NCBI RefSeq assembly: GCF_001194135.2
Contig: NC_068981.1
Coordinates: 187,908,324-187,972,323, forward strand
Source: Octopus bimaculoides
Taxonomy: Eukaryota
Length of the DNA stretch: 64,000 bases
Reading direction: 5' to 3'
Positions within the stretch are counted from its first letter, which is position 1. Each line of letters begins with the position of its first letter. This document shows positions 13,315 through 24,154 of this stretch, piece after piece. The notes beneath the pieces were generated by a model, which saw only the letters and a program-made list of their open reading frames with translations, ran no database searches and was not told the origin of the DNA. A program made the translations under genes and the position numbers.

Positions 13315-13720
13315 AGAGTGGCTGTGTGGTAAGTTGCTTGCTTCCCAACCACATGGTTCCGGGTTCAGTCCCACTGCGTGGCAACTTGGGCAAGTGTCTT
13401 CTACTATAGCCTCGGGCCGACCAAAGCCTTGTGAGTGGATTTGGTAGACAGAAACTTAAAGAATCCCGTCGTATATATGTATATGTATATATGTGTGTTT
13501 GTTTTTTTGTTTGTCCCACCAACATTGATTGACAACCGATGCTGGTGTGTTTACGTCCCCGTAACTTAGCGGTTCGGCAAAACAGACCGATAGAATAAGT
13601 ACTAGGCTTACAAAGAATAAGTCCTGGGGTCGATTTGCTCGACTAAAGGCGGTGCTCCAGCATGGCCACAGTCAAATGACTGAAACAAGTAAAAGAATAA
13701 AAAATAAAAGAATGTATTTA
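13315..13720 (+). mobile_element. tRNA-derived SINE family D, near full length
   Basis: A-box-like TGGCTGTGTGGTAAG, B-box-like GGTTCAGTCCC, then TTGGGCAAGTGTCTTC (CORE-like block), an internal (TA)n tract, and a tail ending GAAACAAGTAAAAGAATAAAA. Confidence 0.85.
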
Positions 13721-13894
13721 TGTACGTACGTACGTACGTACATAAATACATTCTTTTATTTTTTATTCTTTTACTTGTTTCAGTCATTTGACTGTGGCCA
13801 TGCTGGAGCACCGCCTTTAGTCGAGCAAATCGACCCCAGGACTTATTCTTTGTAAGCCTAGTACTTATTCTATCGGTCTGTTTTGCCGAACCGC
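13569..13894. repeat. Perfect palindrome (inverted duplication of the SINE 3' half), no spacer
   Basis: Exact reverse-complement symmetry about 13731/13732 (TGTACGTACGTACGTACGTACA). The ORF track gives identical proteins at 13608-13811(-) and 13652-13855(+). The right arm runs into an N gap. Confidence 0.95.
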
Positions 13895-14761
13895 NNNNNN
13901 NNNNNNNNNNNNNNNNNNNNNNNNNNNNNNNNNNNNNNNNNNNNNNNNNNNNNNNNNNNNNNNNNNNNNNNNNNNNNNNNNNNNNNNNNNNNNNNNNNNN
14001 NNNNNNNNNNNNNNNNNNNNNNNNNNNNNNNNNNNNNNNNNNNNNNNNNNNNNNNNNNNNNNNNNNNNNNNNNNNNNNNNNNNNNNNNNNNNNNNNNNNN
14101 NNNNNNNNNNNNNNNNNNNNNNNNNNNNNNNNNNNNNNNNNNNNNNNNNNNNNNNNNNNNNNNNNNNNNNNNNNNNNNNNNNNNNNNNNNNNNNNNNNNN
14201 NNNNNNNNNNNNNNNNNNNNNNNNNNNNNNNNNNNNNNNNNNNNNNNNNNNNNNNNNNNNNNNNNNNNNNNNNNNNNNNNNNNNNNNNNNNNNNNNNNNN
14301 NNNNNNNNNNNNNNNNNNNNNNNNNNNNNNNNNNNNNNNNNNNNNNNNNNNNNNNNNNNNNNNNNNNNNNNNNNNNNNNNNNNNNNNNNNNNNNNNNNNN
14401 NNNNNNNNNNNNNNNNNNNNNNNNNNNNNNNNNNNNNNNNNNNNNNNNNNNNNNNNNNNNNNNNNNNNNNNNNNNNNNNNNNNNNNNNNNNNNNNNNNNN
14501 NNNNNNNNNNNNNNNNNNNNNNNNNNNNNNNNNNNNNNNNNNNNNNNNNNNNNNNNNNNNNNNNNNNNNNNNNNNNNNNNNNNNNNNNNNNNNNNNNNNN
14601 NNNNNNNNNNNNNNNNNNNNNNNNNNNNNNNNNNNNNNNNNNNNNNNNNNNNNNNNNNNNNNNNNNNNNNNNNNNNNNNNNNNNNNNNNNNNNNNNNNNN
14701 NNNNNNNNNNNNNNNNNNNNNNNNNNNNNNNNNNNNNNNNNNNNNNNNNNNNNNNNNNNNN

Positions 14762-14808
<47 letters not shown>

Positions 14809-15367
14809 TGTGTATATATTCATACATACACACACACACACACACGCACACACATATGCTTATATATTTACATATACACGTATACATATGTGTGCGCGTG
14901 TATATGTGTGCGCGTGTGTGCGCATGTATGTATACATACACATATGTGCACATGAAAATATATGCATATACATATACGTATGTATGAATGTATGTATCAC
15001 AGTTCTTTAAAATCTCGCGACGCATCTGTTAAAGACTAATGAACCATTCTGATATTTTTGAGCGGCCAAATTCGACATTGTGACAAGAAGCTTTTCTTTT
15101 TCTTTTTTTTTTTCTAAATAAAGAAAAATTGTTCGAATGGAATCGAGAAACAGTTATCTAACGAAATCTCTCTTCAGAATTGACGGCTTAGAATCTCTAA
15201 AGCTGTAAACATAGCTTGTCTGAATTGCTGTTGCTTCTGATTATAAATTGTTCATTGGAATAAGCATAGTTTTGACAGAATTGCCAAAGACTATATAGTA
15301 ATTTTTTTTTGTACTGATTTTTTTTCTCATAAATAATATTAATGTGATAACTTTGATATAAGTTACA

Positions 15368-15575
15368 AAATTTGGCACAAGGCCAGCAATTTCCGAGGAG
15401 GGGCCTAGCCGATTACATCGACTCTAGTAATCATCTGGTATTTATTTAATGAACTACGAAACGATGAACCACAAAGTCGACCTCGGCGGAATTTGAACTT
15501 AGAACGTAAAGTTGAATGAAATGCCGCTAAGCATTTTGCCCGACGTGCAAACCAGTCTGCCGGCTCGTCACCTTA
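15368..15575 (-). mobile_element. SINE family A/B
   Basis: Consensus blocks GTCGACCTCGGCGGAATTTGAAC and CTAAGCATTTTGCCCG. Confidence 0.8.
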
Positions 15576-15699
15576 ATGTGATAAATTTAATATAACCTGC
15601 AATATTTATAACACGCCATGTATTCTTTTGAATGTTTCAAAGATGTTAAAATATTATTAATAATGTCGTCTTAAGTGTAAGTTGTAAATTCAATTTCAA

Positions 15700-16075
15700 A
15701 TAAGTTTTGGTTTTCTTCCGGAGTATTGTTTTGACAAGCAGGTTTTCCCCACTTTCTCAAACGCTGTCATTACTTTCGAGACAGTACTTCTTGATACACC
15801 AAACATTTCTGCTGTTTTCGTTACGCTCGCGCCTGCCATACGAGCACCAACAATTTGACCTCTTAGAAAGTTTAATAGACCTGTCATTTTAATGAATTTT
15901 AATTGCCCTTTTCTGATGATATCTGAAAAGAAACAGCAATTTTAGAGAAACATATTAAGCAACACTAATAATAAATCAAAAAACGTAAAAATAAACAAGC
16001 TTTTGACGGTTTTATAGATATTTCAAAATTATGATGCTATGATTCTAGGTGTTTCCATTATTTTGTGCAACCTTG
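15700..16075 (-). mobile_element. Tc1/mariner left end with truncated transposase HTH
   Basis: ORF 15696-15887: ..RGQIVGARMAGASVTKTAEMFGVSRSTVSKVMTAFEKVGKT..SGRKPKL (Tc1 paired-like HTH with GRxPK motif). Upstream terminus TA|CAAGGTTGCACAAAATAATGGAAACACC at 16077-16048. No right TIR seen. Confidence 0.85.
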
Positions 16076-16099
16076 TACGTTCACGCATGCAACAAAATA

Positions 16100-16440
16100 T
16101 TTAGCGGTATTTCTTTCAGCACTTTACGTTCTATGTTCAAATCCCGCTGAGGTCAACTATGCCGTTTATCCTCTCGGAATCGATAAAATAACGTGGTAAT
16201 CCATTAGTGGGGGTGATGTGATGCACTAACTCGCTCCTCTAAAATTTCCAGCCGTATGCCAGAAGAATTGTTAGTGCTTGGTGACATTCTCTCCGGCTCA
16301 TTCCGTTCTGAGTTCAAACTCCGCTGAGTATGGCTTTTGTGTTTTATTCTTTCTGGGTTGATAAAATAAGTACCAGTTGAGCACTGGAATCAATGTAATT
16401 TTATTCATTCGCTCTCCTAAAAATTGCTGGTTGGATGCCA
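16100..16440 (+). mobile_element. Two degraded tandem SINE A/B copies
   Basis: TTACGTTCTATGTTCAAATCCCGCTGAGGTCAAC and CCGTTCTGAGTTCAAACTCCGCTGAG blocks. Confidence 0.65.
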
Positions 16441-16499
16441 ATATTGTAAAATGATTGAATATCACCTGGTCAACTCATCCCCGTAATAATGCATTCAAA

Positions 16500-16702
16500 T
16501 TTTGGCACAAGGCCAGAGATTTCGATGGATGAGAGAAAGTCGATTACATTAACCCCAGTGCCAGACTGGTGTTTATTTTATTGACCTTGAAAGAGTAAAT
16601 TGCAGAGGCGACTTAAGCGGAGTTTGAACTCAGAATATAAAGATGAACGAAATACCATTAAGTATTTTGCCCGGCGTGCTAATGATTCTGCCAGCTCGCT
16701 AC
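16500..16702 (-). mobile_element. SINE family A/B
   Basis: Consensus blocks, opposite orientation to the neighbouring copies. Confidence 0.75.
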
Positions 16703-17499
16703 GTTTATGCCAGTAATACACTTCTCATATTAGTGCAATAAAAATTTAGAACCTTTCATATGTCTACCGTTACTTTAATCTACCAGAACACGCAGATCCT
16801 CATTAACGAGTGAGGTCCGAATTAGATGAGTTATTGTTATAAAACACTACTCTTATTTATTTACTGTGACATTAATTAGTAACAACAACATAAAACCTGA
16901 TATCTATAAAACACCATAGATAAAGGAATAGGAATTCAATTTTCTGACAGATACTCGTATCACAAATTTCTCGAACAAATCGTTGTGAAAAGAAAGACCC
17001 ACCTAAACTATAAGATGTTCAAAGACTTATTATCACACAAAACCCATTCGTCTGAAGGCAACAGCACAATGGTGTCTGTGAATCCTAATAAAAGTTACTA
17101 TTGTCATATTAAATTAGACTAAGTTTCGATTATTTAAAAAATATTTCCAAGCAATAAAAATAGCTAATTGCTTTACTTTGTTAATGATCGTGTGATTTTC
17201 TTTACAATATCACAGAGAATATATTGCGCCATTCACTAATTATATGGTATCTATAGATTCTAAACGATACAAGTTTACAAGTTAACATCTTGTTTGTTTT
17301 ATGTATACTAATGAGAACATTGTTTCAGGATATGGGTGGGAACACATACGCATTATTAATTTGAAATTCTGTTGAAATATTCCTTCTATTTACTTTCTGA
17401 ATTACTTGTGGATTGAAGGTTTCGAATTGAGATCTTCCAGAAATAACAAATCTCTAATAATAGGATAAGCTTTCATTTAGATACAATAATTGACACTCC

Positions 17500-17990
17500 G
17501 ACGGTTACGACGACAAGTGTTGATTCGATCAACCGAACAGCCTACACATAGAATTAACGTGCAAGTGGTAGAGCCCTCGACATACACGCGTACCGTTAAC
17601 GCAGTTTTCAAGGAGTTGCAACGTGACGCAGAATGTGACAGCAATGACCCTATGAAATACAATCATCGGCGAGGTTGACTTTGCCTTTCATCCTTTCGGA
17701 GCCGATAAATTAAGTACCAGTTGCGTACTGGAGTCGATCTAATCGACTGGCCCCCTCCACCAAAATTTCGCGCCTTGTGCTGTGAGTAGGAAAAAGTCGT
17801 TATCATGCTGGACGAAATGCTTATCTGCATATCATCCGTCTTCATATTCTGAGTTCAAATTCTGCCGAGGTTATCTTTGCCTTCCATCGTTTCGGGGTCG
17901 ATAAAATAAATACCAGTTGAGCACTAGAGACGATGTCATCACCTTACACCCTCCCAACAAACTGCAGGCCTGGTGGCACAATTTGAACCG
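17500..17990 (+). mobile_element. Cluster of SINE fragments (a body fragment plus two partial A/B copies)
   Basis: 17663-17790 and 17800-17990 match the A/B consensus. 17540-17660 shares the CGTGAC.CA..ATGTGACA block with 23960-23990. Confidence 0.65.
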
Positions 17991-18724
17991 AATGTTAATT
18001 ATTATAATTATAATTACCACGTTGTCCTTATTTGTTTGCAAGTGTATGTTGCGTGATTAAGTGTGTCTTCGTATGTATGGAATTATCTCGTGAGTGTTTT
18101 GAGTGCATAGAATTGTATTTGTAAATCAATATCTATTTCTTTGCTTCACTGCAAACCTTTCGTTTATGTTTCTGATTCTATTTTAGCATTTCATCTGTTA
18201 ATGTTAATTAAGTACACTCTCTCAAATAATATCAACAGCAACACGTGATAGAAACACATATGGATATACATGCCTTAGCCGCTTTGGGACTTCTCAAGCG
18301 ATGAATGTAAGTAGGAAAATTGAAAGGAGGCAGCTAGAAGGTGAGAAACACATCTTTACGAACTGAACGTTAGCAGATCTACAGGCTGGATGATGATGAT
18401 GATGATTGACGGATGTGGTATCTGCATATCTACTCTGAAAACAGCGATAAAAACGTCCACAAGAATTAACATAACATCCTGTTCTTGCTGCGGCTATTAC
18501 AAATGTCTTTGTCTCAAGGTCTCTTTCAGATTACATACTTTTACGCATCTCACTCTCATACAGCGGTCACTCACTCTGCTAGAAATATCCTTCAAAGTAT
18601 ATCACATCTTAAAACTTGACATGGCGTGGTCAATTTAGACACAGGTATGCAAATTCAGATTGTTATGCTACTGACCATAGTTATCTCGATCCGAAGCGAG
18701 CTGGGGCTAAACAACACCAATATG

Positions 18725-19066
18725 ATGCTGAGACCCCCTTCGGTCATGACTGACCATGGGATTGCACCTAGAAAGTTACCCTCCCAGGCGCAAGACCGGG
18801 CAGTGTTGTTTATGGAAGACCAGCAGTCGCCCATGCATACCGGCCTTCCCTCTCCACGCCACCAGTGTTATCCAAGGGAAAAGGCAAAGGGCCGATACAG
18901 CTTGGCACCTGTGACGTCGTAACTCATTTCTACAGCTGAGTGAACTGGAGCAACGTGAAATAAAGTGTCTTGCTCAGGAACACAACACACAGCCCGGCCC
19001 GGGATTCGAACTCACAACCTTACGATCGTAAGATCGACGCTCTAACCACTGAGCATGCGCCTTCAC
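18725..19066 (-). mobile_element. tRNA-derived SINE family C, full length
   Basis: Head GTGAAGGCGCATGCTCAGTGGTTAGAGCGTC..GAGTTCGAATCCCGG (A and B boxes), then TTCCTGAGCAAGACACTTTATTTC. Body matches 1-228. Confidence 0.9.
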
Positions 19067-19244
19067 ACAACAGCAATAATAACAACAGTAAATATTACAA
19101 ACTCCCCACAACAGAGTTGGCAAAACAAACGTATGGCGGAAAAGGATTTGGTGGGTGAGTGAGTGAGTGAGTGAGTGGAATTCTATCTCATCAAAACTCA
19201 AAAGACATAATCTCTCAACAGATGTATATTTCTGATTGGTTTCA

Positions 19245-20114
19245 AATTTTGGCTCAAGGCCAGCAATTTTCAAGGTGGGACTAATCCATTACATCGACCC
19301 CAGTGTTCAACAGGGTACTTATTTTGGATCTATTTCAAAACGGGGGCGCCAGTTTTCATTTATGTTTTATGTAGTGTTTTTGGTACGGAAAGACTTTCAA
19401 ACTTCGTATACTTATCTATTTTGTGTTATAGAACAGAAAAATATTTTTGTATTCGAATTTATTTCATGTAAAAAATTGTCTTATTTCGATAATTTCTACT
19501 AATCACTGACGTCTATTCAGTTGAAAACAGTTAGCGCTGTAACGGTGTATATCGTATTAATCCCCTAACCCTAACCCTAACTAGACTGTTAACCGTAACC
19601 GTAACCGTAACCGTAACCCTAACCCTAACTCTAGAATCCGAACTCTAAAATTGTTACACACATAATACGCACAGCGTAATTTATTATATAGACAATATAT
19701 GCGTATAAATTACGATTAAACCGGATGAAATATGTCACAGGGAATAACATTTTTATGACCGCCCAGCAGTAACTCTATTCAGCTGAATAGACGTCAGTGA
19801 TTGGTTGAAATTACAGAAATACGACAACTTTAACATGGAATAACTTGCGAATTCCTTTTTTTTTTGTTAAGAAGACTAAGAGTAAAAGATGTTTTATATG
19901 ACACATTCTACCAGTGTCCCAAGTTTCAAAGTGTTTCGTTAGTGTTTCGTTAAGAAAATACTGGCGCCCCCGTTTTAAAATAGATCCCTTATTTTGACGA
20001 CTCTTAAATACAGAGTCGGCCTAGGTGGAATTTGTACTTAGATCGTAAAGATAGACGAAACACCACTAAGCACTTTTCTCGGCGCGTTAATGACTCCACC
20101 AGCTTACCGCCTTA
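19245..20114 (-). mobile_element. SINE family A/B split by a MITE
   Basis: 3' half at 19245-19325 and 5' half at 19988-20114 rejoin at the duplicated CTTATTTT. Confidence 0.8.
19326..19987. mobile_element. Non-autonomous DNA transposon (MITE, 662 bp) with GG-start TIRs and 8-bp TSD; Merlin-like by terminal signature
   Basis: TSD CTTATTTT at 19318-19325 and 19988-19995. TIR GGATCTATTT(C/T)AAAACGGGGGCGCCAGT. Internal inverted repeat at 19501-19525 / 19778-19802. Central (CCCTAA/CCGTAA)n tract. Confidence 0.9.
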
Positions 20115-20140
20115 GAAGTGTATTTGATATTGGAGGAAAT

Positions 20141-20345
20141 GGAGGCGGCGAGCTGGCAGAATCGTTAGCACTTCGGGCAAAATGTTTAGCGATTGTTACG
20201 TTCTGAGTTCAAATTCCGCCGAGATCGACTTTGCCTCTCATTCTTTCGGGGTCGATAAATTAAGTACCAGTGAAACACTGGGGTCGGTGTATTCGAGCAG
20301 TCCCCCTCCCCACAAATTTCAGGCCTTGTGCCTATAGTGGAAAAA
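20141..20345 (+). mobile_element. SINE family A/B, full length (B tail)
   Basis: GGAGGCGGCGAGCTGGCAGAATCGTTAG..GAGTTCAAATTCCGCCGAGATCGAC..CCCCTCCCC..GGCCTTGTGCC. Confidence 0.9.
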
Positions 20346-20439
20346 AATATTGAAGGAAGTGAAAGGCGTCAGGCTGACAGGATTGTTAGCACGCCGGGTA
20401 AAATACTTAGCAACATTTCGTCCGGCTTTACGTTCCGAG

Positions 20440-20671
20440 CATTATTTACATTATTTACATTATTTACATTCGACGGATATTTGTCCTCATCTTGTTTGTT
20501 GTTAACACAAGGTTTCGGCTGATATACTCTCTAGCCTTCTTCAGGTGTCTTGGGGTATTTTTCGATGTTATCATTATTATTATTATTATTAGTGTTCAGC
20601 TCACTGCTTAGAATCGAACTCGGAATCTTAGGGTTAGTAGCCCGCGCTCTTAACCACTACGCCATATGCCC
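20440..20671 (-). mobile_element. tRNA-headed SINE (family E) with (TAA)n linker and hammerhead-like 3' module, copy 1
   Basis: Minus strand: GGGCATATGGCGTAGTGGTTAAGAGCGCGGGCTACTAACCCTAAGATTCCGAGTTCGATTC, then (TAA)n, ACATCGAAAAATACC, the hammerhead motif and a (AATGTAAAT)3 tail. Flanked by an 8-9 bp TSD (C)GTTCCGAG at 20431-20439 and 20671-20679. Confidence 0.9.
20504..20549 (-). ncRNA. Minimal type I hammerhead ribozyme motif, degenerate copy
   Basis: GACAC-CUGAAGA-A-GGCUA-GAGAGUAUAU-CAGCC-GAAAC-CUU-GUGUU. Stem I and 4 bp of stem II are intact; G16.2 is mutated to C. Confidence 0.55.
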
Positions 20672-22179
20672 GTTCCGAGTTCAAATTCCGCCGAGGTCGA
20701 CTTTACTATTTACATTTCTGAGGCCGATAAAACAAAATACCAATCAAGGTCTGGAGACGATGTAATCGATTTGATCTTCCCCTAAAATTTCAGGCCTTGT
20801 ATCTATAGTAGAAAGGAATATTGAAGGGAATATTTTTGATGGATGCGATGTCATTTAAAAATCCCAGTATATTGGAGGATGTTTATAGGCACATAAAACA
20901 AATAATGCACTCACTTCAACGAGAACAATTAGATTAATAGTATGGTCCTATTTTCATCTACAATGATGTTGAGAATGTGATATCTGAATGCATGGTGGCA
21001 TAAGATTAGCATGGAAACATAGGTATTCGTATTAACCTTTGTGTGACTAGGATTTCGAAATTGTTCAGAGTTGCTATGATTCCAGTATTTACACTGCTTG
21101 CTCTCGTTCGGAAACAGTTCTGGAACCATTAAGCAAAATAAGTATGCGCTTAGGGCATCAAGAGAAGTGGGGTGAGACAGAAATGGTAAATAATTAATGA
21201 CACAAAAATTACTTTAAACTTGCTAAAATAACATTCGAAGTGGTTTAATGATCGGAAGTATAATTTCGAAGTGTTCATAGTGAGGGTCTAATCAAAGACT
21301 TTGTAAAAAAAGTAGGAGAAAAATGTTCAAATATAGATTCTTTATTAAGCCACGAAGGGCCGAACACAGAAGGGACGATACAATGTAGAATTTTTCACTT
21401 CAAAGCTGATCAATAGGGATCGAAAACGTTTTGTGACGTTTACACAAAAGATAACAAAGTATCGTTTTAACAAATAAAATTCCCAAAAGAGGGAGAAAAT
21501 AAAACACTGACTAGAGTTATCCGTGGAAAGAAAAACCTACGAAATAAAAGCCGTTTCAAATATAAAAGTGAAAGTATACAAAAATAAAAATCATTTTCTA
21601 TCTTACTGTTAGTTGTGCTTTATTTTGAAAATTTAAATTTATTTTATGCTGTATTATCGTTTATATTTTGAATTACATATATATGGGGATGCCGAAATAT
21701 TTTAGGTGCTTAGGGACTTTATGTGTCTTAATCCAGCCCTGCTGGGACTGAATAATGTGCAGAGGTTTTACTTAGGAAAGAAGCTGTTACTCAGATAAGA
21801 ATGAGTTACAAACTATTACTGATATTTCTGCGTCCGGTTAAAACGTGCTGTTCTTAAATGGGAATATAAACCAACGCATTGCACAGAGGTGACTGACTAT
21901 TTACACAGCAAGAATGACCAGACGGACAGACTTTATCAGGCATATGGAAATATTCTTGGGAATGTTCTACTCATTGACGTCAGTGGGCGATTGGAATGGT
22001 ACCTTAGATGAATGCTGCAACTTTATAAGAATTAAAGAGAGGAGTGGGAGCAGGGGCTTACCAAGACATTCCATACATTAATACAGTCTTTCAGTGGTGA
22101 AGGCATGTGGCAGCTACCTCTCCGAAGGTATTTTTCAATGTTACTATTATTATTATTACTATTATTATTATTATTGTTA

Positions 22180-22245
22180 AGTGGTTAAGAGCGCGGGCTA
22201 CTAACCCCAAGATTCCGAGTTCGATTCCAAGCAGTGGACTTGAAC

Positions 22246-22283
<38 letters not shown>

Positions 22284-22433
22284 CATCGAAAAATACCTTC
22301 GGAATGAGAACCCAGGTTCGAAATTTCCCCAAGACACCTGATGAAGACTGGAGGGTATATCAGCCGAAACGTTGTGTTAACAAAAAACAAGATGAGGACA
22401 ATTATCCGTCGAATGTAAATAATGTACATAATG
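22180..22433 (+). mobile_element. tRNA-headed SINE (family E), copy 2, slightly 5'-truncated
   Basis: AGTGGTTAAGAGCGCGGGCTACTAACCCCAAGATTCCGAGTTCGATTCC, then (TAA)n, ACATCGAAAAATACC (plus ~31 bp absent from copy 1), the hammerhead motif and an AATGTAAATAATGTACATAATG tail. Confidence 0.9.
22333..22378 (+). ncRNA. Minimal type I hammerhead ribozyme motif
   Basis: GACAC(22333-37)-CUGAUGA(38-44)-A-GACUG/CAGCC stem II(46-50/61-65, one A.C mismatch)-GAAAC(66-70)-GUU(71-73)^-GUGUU(74-78). The stem III region AACGUU is palindromic. Confidence 0.65.
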
Positions 22434-23550
22434 CCTCATCTCTTAAATATAAAACTGTAATGCAGTGGTATATATGAATTATAATTTATACAGTTTTAAT
22501 TTTCTCACCATATTCAATAGATGTTAATTATTCCCAAAAAGGTGCAGTGGTGTTATTGCCGTGAGATTTGAATATACAGTAATTTTTAGATACAGTTTAA
22601 ATATTTGTTGGAGAAATTTAAAGAAGTTAGCTATAGTTATAAAATTAAATTCATTCATTTATTTACTCTTATAAATATTCTGTAAATTTATTTAAACTAC
22701 TCTACAGAACGCGTATATGATTTAGGAATCTGTACTTGATATTGGCAAACGTGGATTTTAAGCATATTTTGCTTATAATTGTGCTATAATTATTGGATAA
22801 AATTTAATGCAACATTGTATCTAAATTAGAATTTTTTAATAATTTCTTTCATTATTCCAAATTATGTAGCGCAATTTCGTTACCTTTTAAATTAATTGAT
22901 ATTATTTAGACATTTTTAAGAAACACAAACTATTTTTATAATCAATATGATTTAAATGAATATTGATTTTCGCAGGTTTTAATAAAATTTAGAATTCCGT
23001 ATGAATATTCTTCATTGCATTTATCTATAATAGTAGTTCTCATACTGTGCACCATAGACATTTATAAATATAATTTATGGCTGTAAAAAATCCATATTAA
23101 CCGTTGAGAATTTTGTAAAACCAGTAATTCATAATTTTGTTATACATAAATATGATTACTAAAACAAGGTAAACAACAGATTTCTCTATTTAAAAAAAAA
23201 AATTTAATAAATGTTTCCATTTTAAACATGAATTCTTTTTCAAACTTGATGGCAATATTTTTCAACTGTCATACAATTCACAGTAGAAATACATTTGTTT
23301 GATTTCTACAGCAACTGGAAGTCAAAATGACTGAGAACCACTAAGTTACGACATTGACGATTTTCGGTTTTTATGATATCTATGAAATTTTTCAACCATA
23401 AAGTGAGGTGAAGAAAATTGTTTTACAACATGTTTCTGGGATAGATCTTACGACAGTGGACCTTAGAAATGTAACTTCAAATATTGCCTAACTTTGGTTT
23501 GATCAATGTTTTATAACCGATACCTATTACACTAAAGTTGCGAAGTCCTG

Positions 23551-23587
<37 letters not shown>

Positions 23588-23744
23588 NNNNNNNNNNNNN
23601 NNNNNNNNNNNNNNNNNNNNNNNNNNNNNNNNNNNNNNNNNNNNNNNNNNNNNNNNTGTGTGTGTATGTATGTGTATGTGTGTGTGTGTGTGTGTGTGTG
23701 TAAGTGTACATACATACATGCATACATACATGATTATTTATATA

Positions 23745-24154
23745 CGACGGGCTTCTTTCTGTTTCCGTCTACCAAATCCACTCACAAGGCTTTGGTCGAC
23801 CCGAGGCTAGAGTAGAAGACACCGTAATCTAGCGGTTCGGTAAAAGAGACCAATAGGATAAGTACTAGACTTACAAAGAATTAGTCGTGGCGTCCATGTC
23901 TTCGACTAAAGGTGGTATTCCAACAAAGCCGCAGTCTGAAACAAGTAAAAGAAAGGGAGATTCAGTGTGACGCAAAATGTGACAAGGCCGGCCATTTGAA
24001 ATACAGGTACTATTCATTTTTGCAAGCTGAGTGGACTGGAGCAAAGTGAAATAAAGTGTCTTGCTCAAGGACACAACGAGTCGCCGCGGGAATTGAACTC
24101 ATGACCTTACGATTATGAGCCGAATGCCCTAACCACTAAGCCACGCGCCTTCAC
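23745..24154. mobile_element. Composite of SINE pieces: family D head fragment (-), family D body (+), family C 5' part (-)
   Basis: 23745-23822 matches the reverse complement of 13390-13470. 23822-23950 matches 13560-13695. 23985-24154 carries the family C head GTGAAGGCGCGTGGCTTAGTGGTTAGGGC..GAGTTCAATTCCCG. Confidence 0.8.

Larger units (their letters stand above)
20365..20820 (+). mobile_element. SINE family A/B interrupted by the hammerhead-bearing SINE
   Basis: Halves 20365-20439 and 20672-20820 rejoin at the duplicated (C)GTTCCGAG. Confidence 0.8.

Noticed and set aside
18990-19066. tRNA-like sequences (also 20610-20671, 22180-22235, 24080-24154)
   Set aside because: They lack acceptor-stem pairing and continue into SINE bodies, so they are SINE heads rather than tRNA genes.
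19563-19629. Telomeric repeat suggesting a chromosome end or fusion
   Set aside because: Short and enclosed within a TSD-flanked MITE.
21395-21440. GATC..GATCGAAAACGTT, resembling the 3' half of a Penelope hammerhead
   Set aside because: No CUGANGA core upstream.
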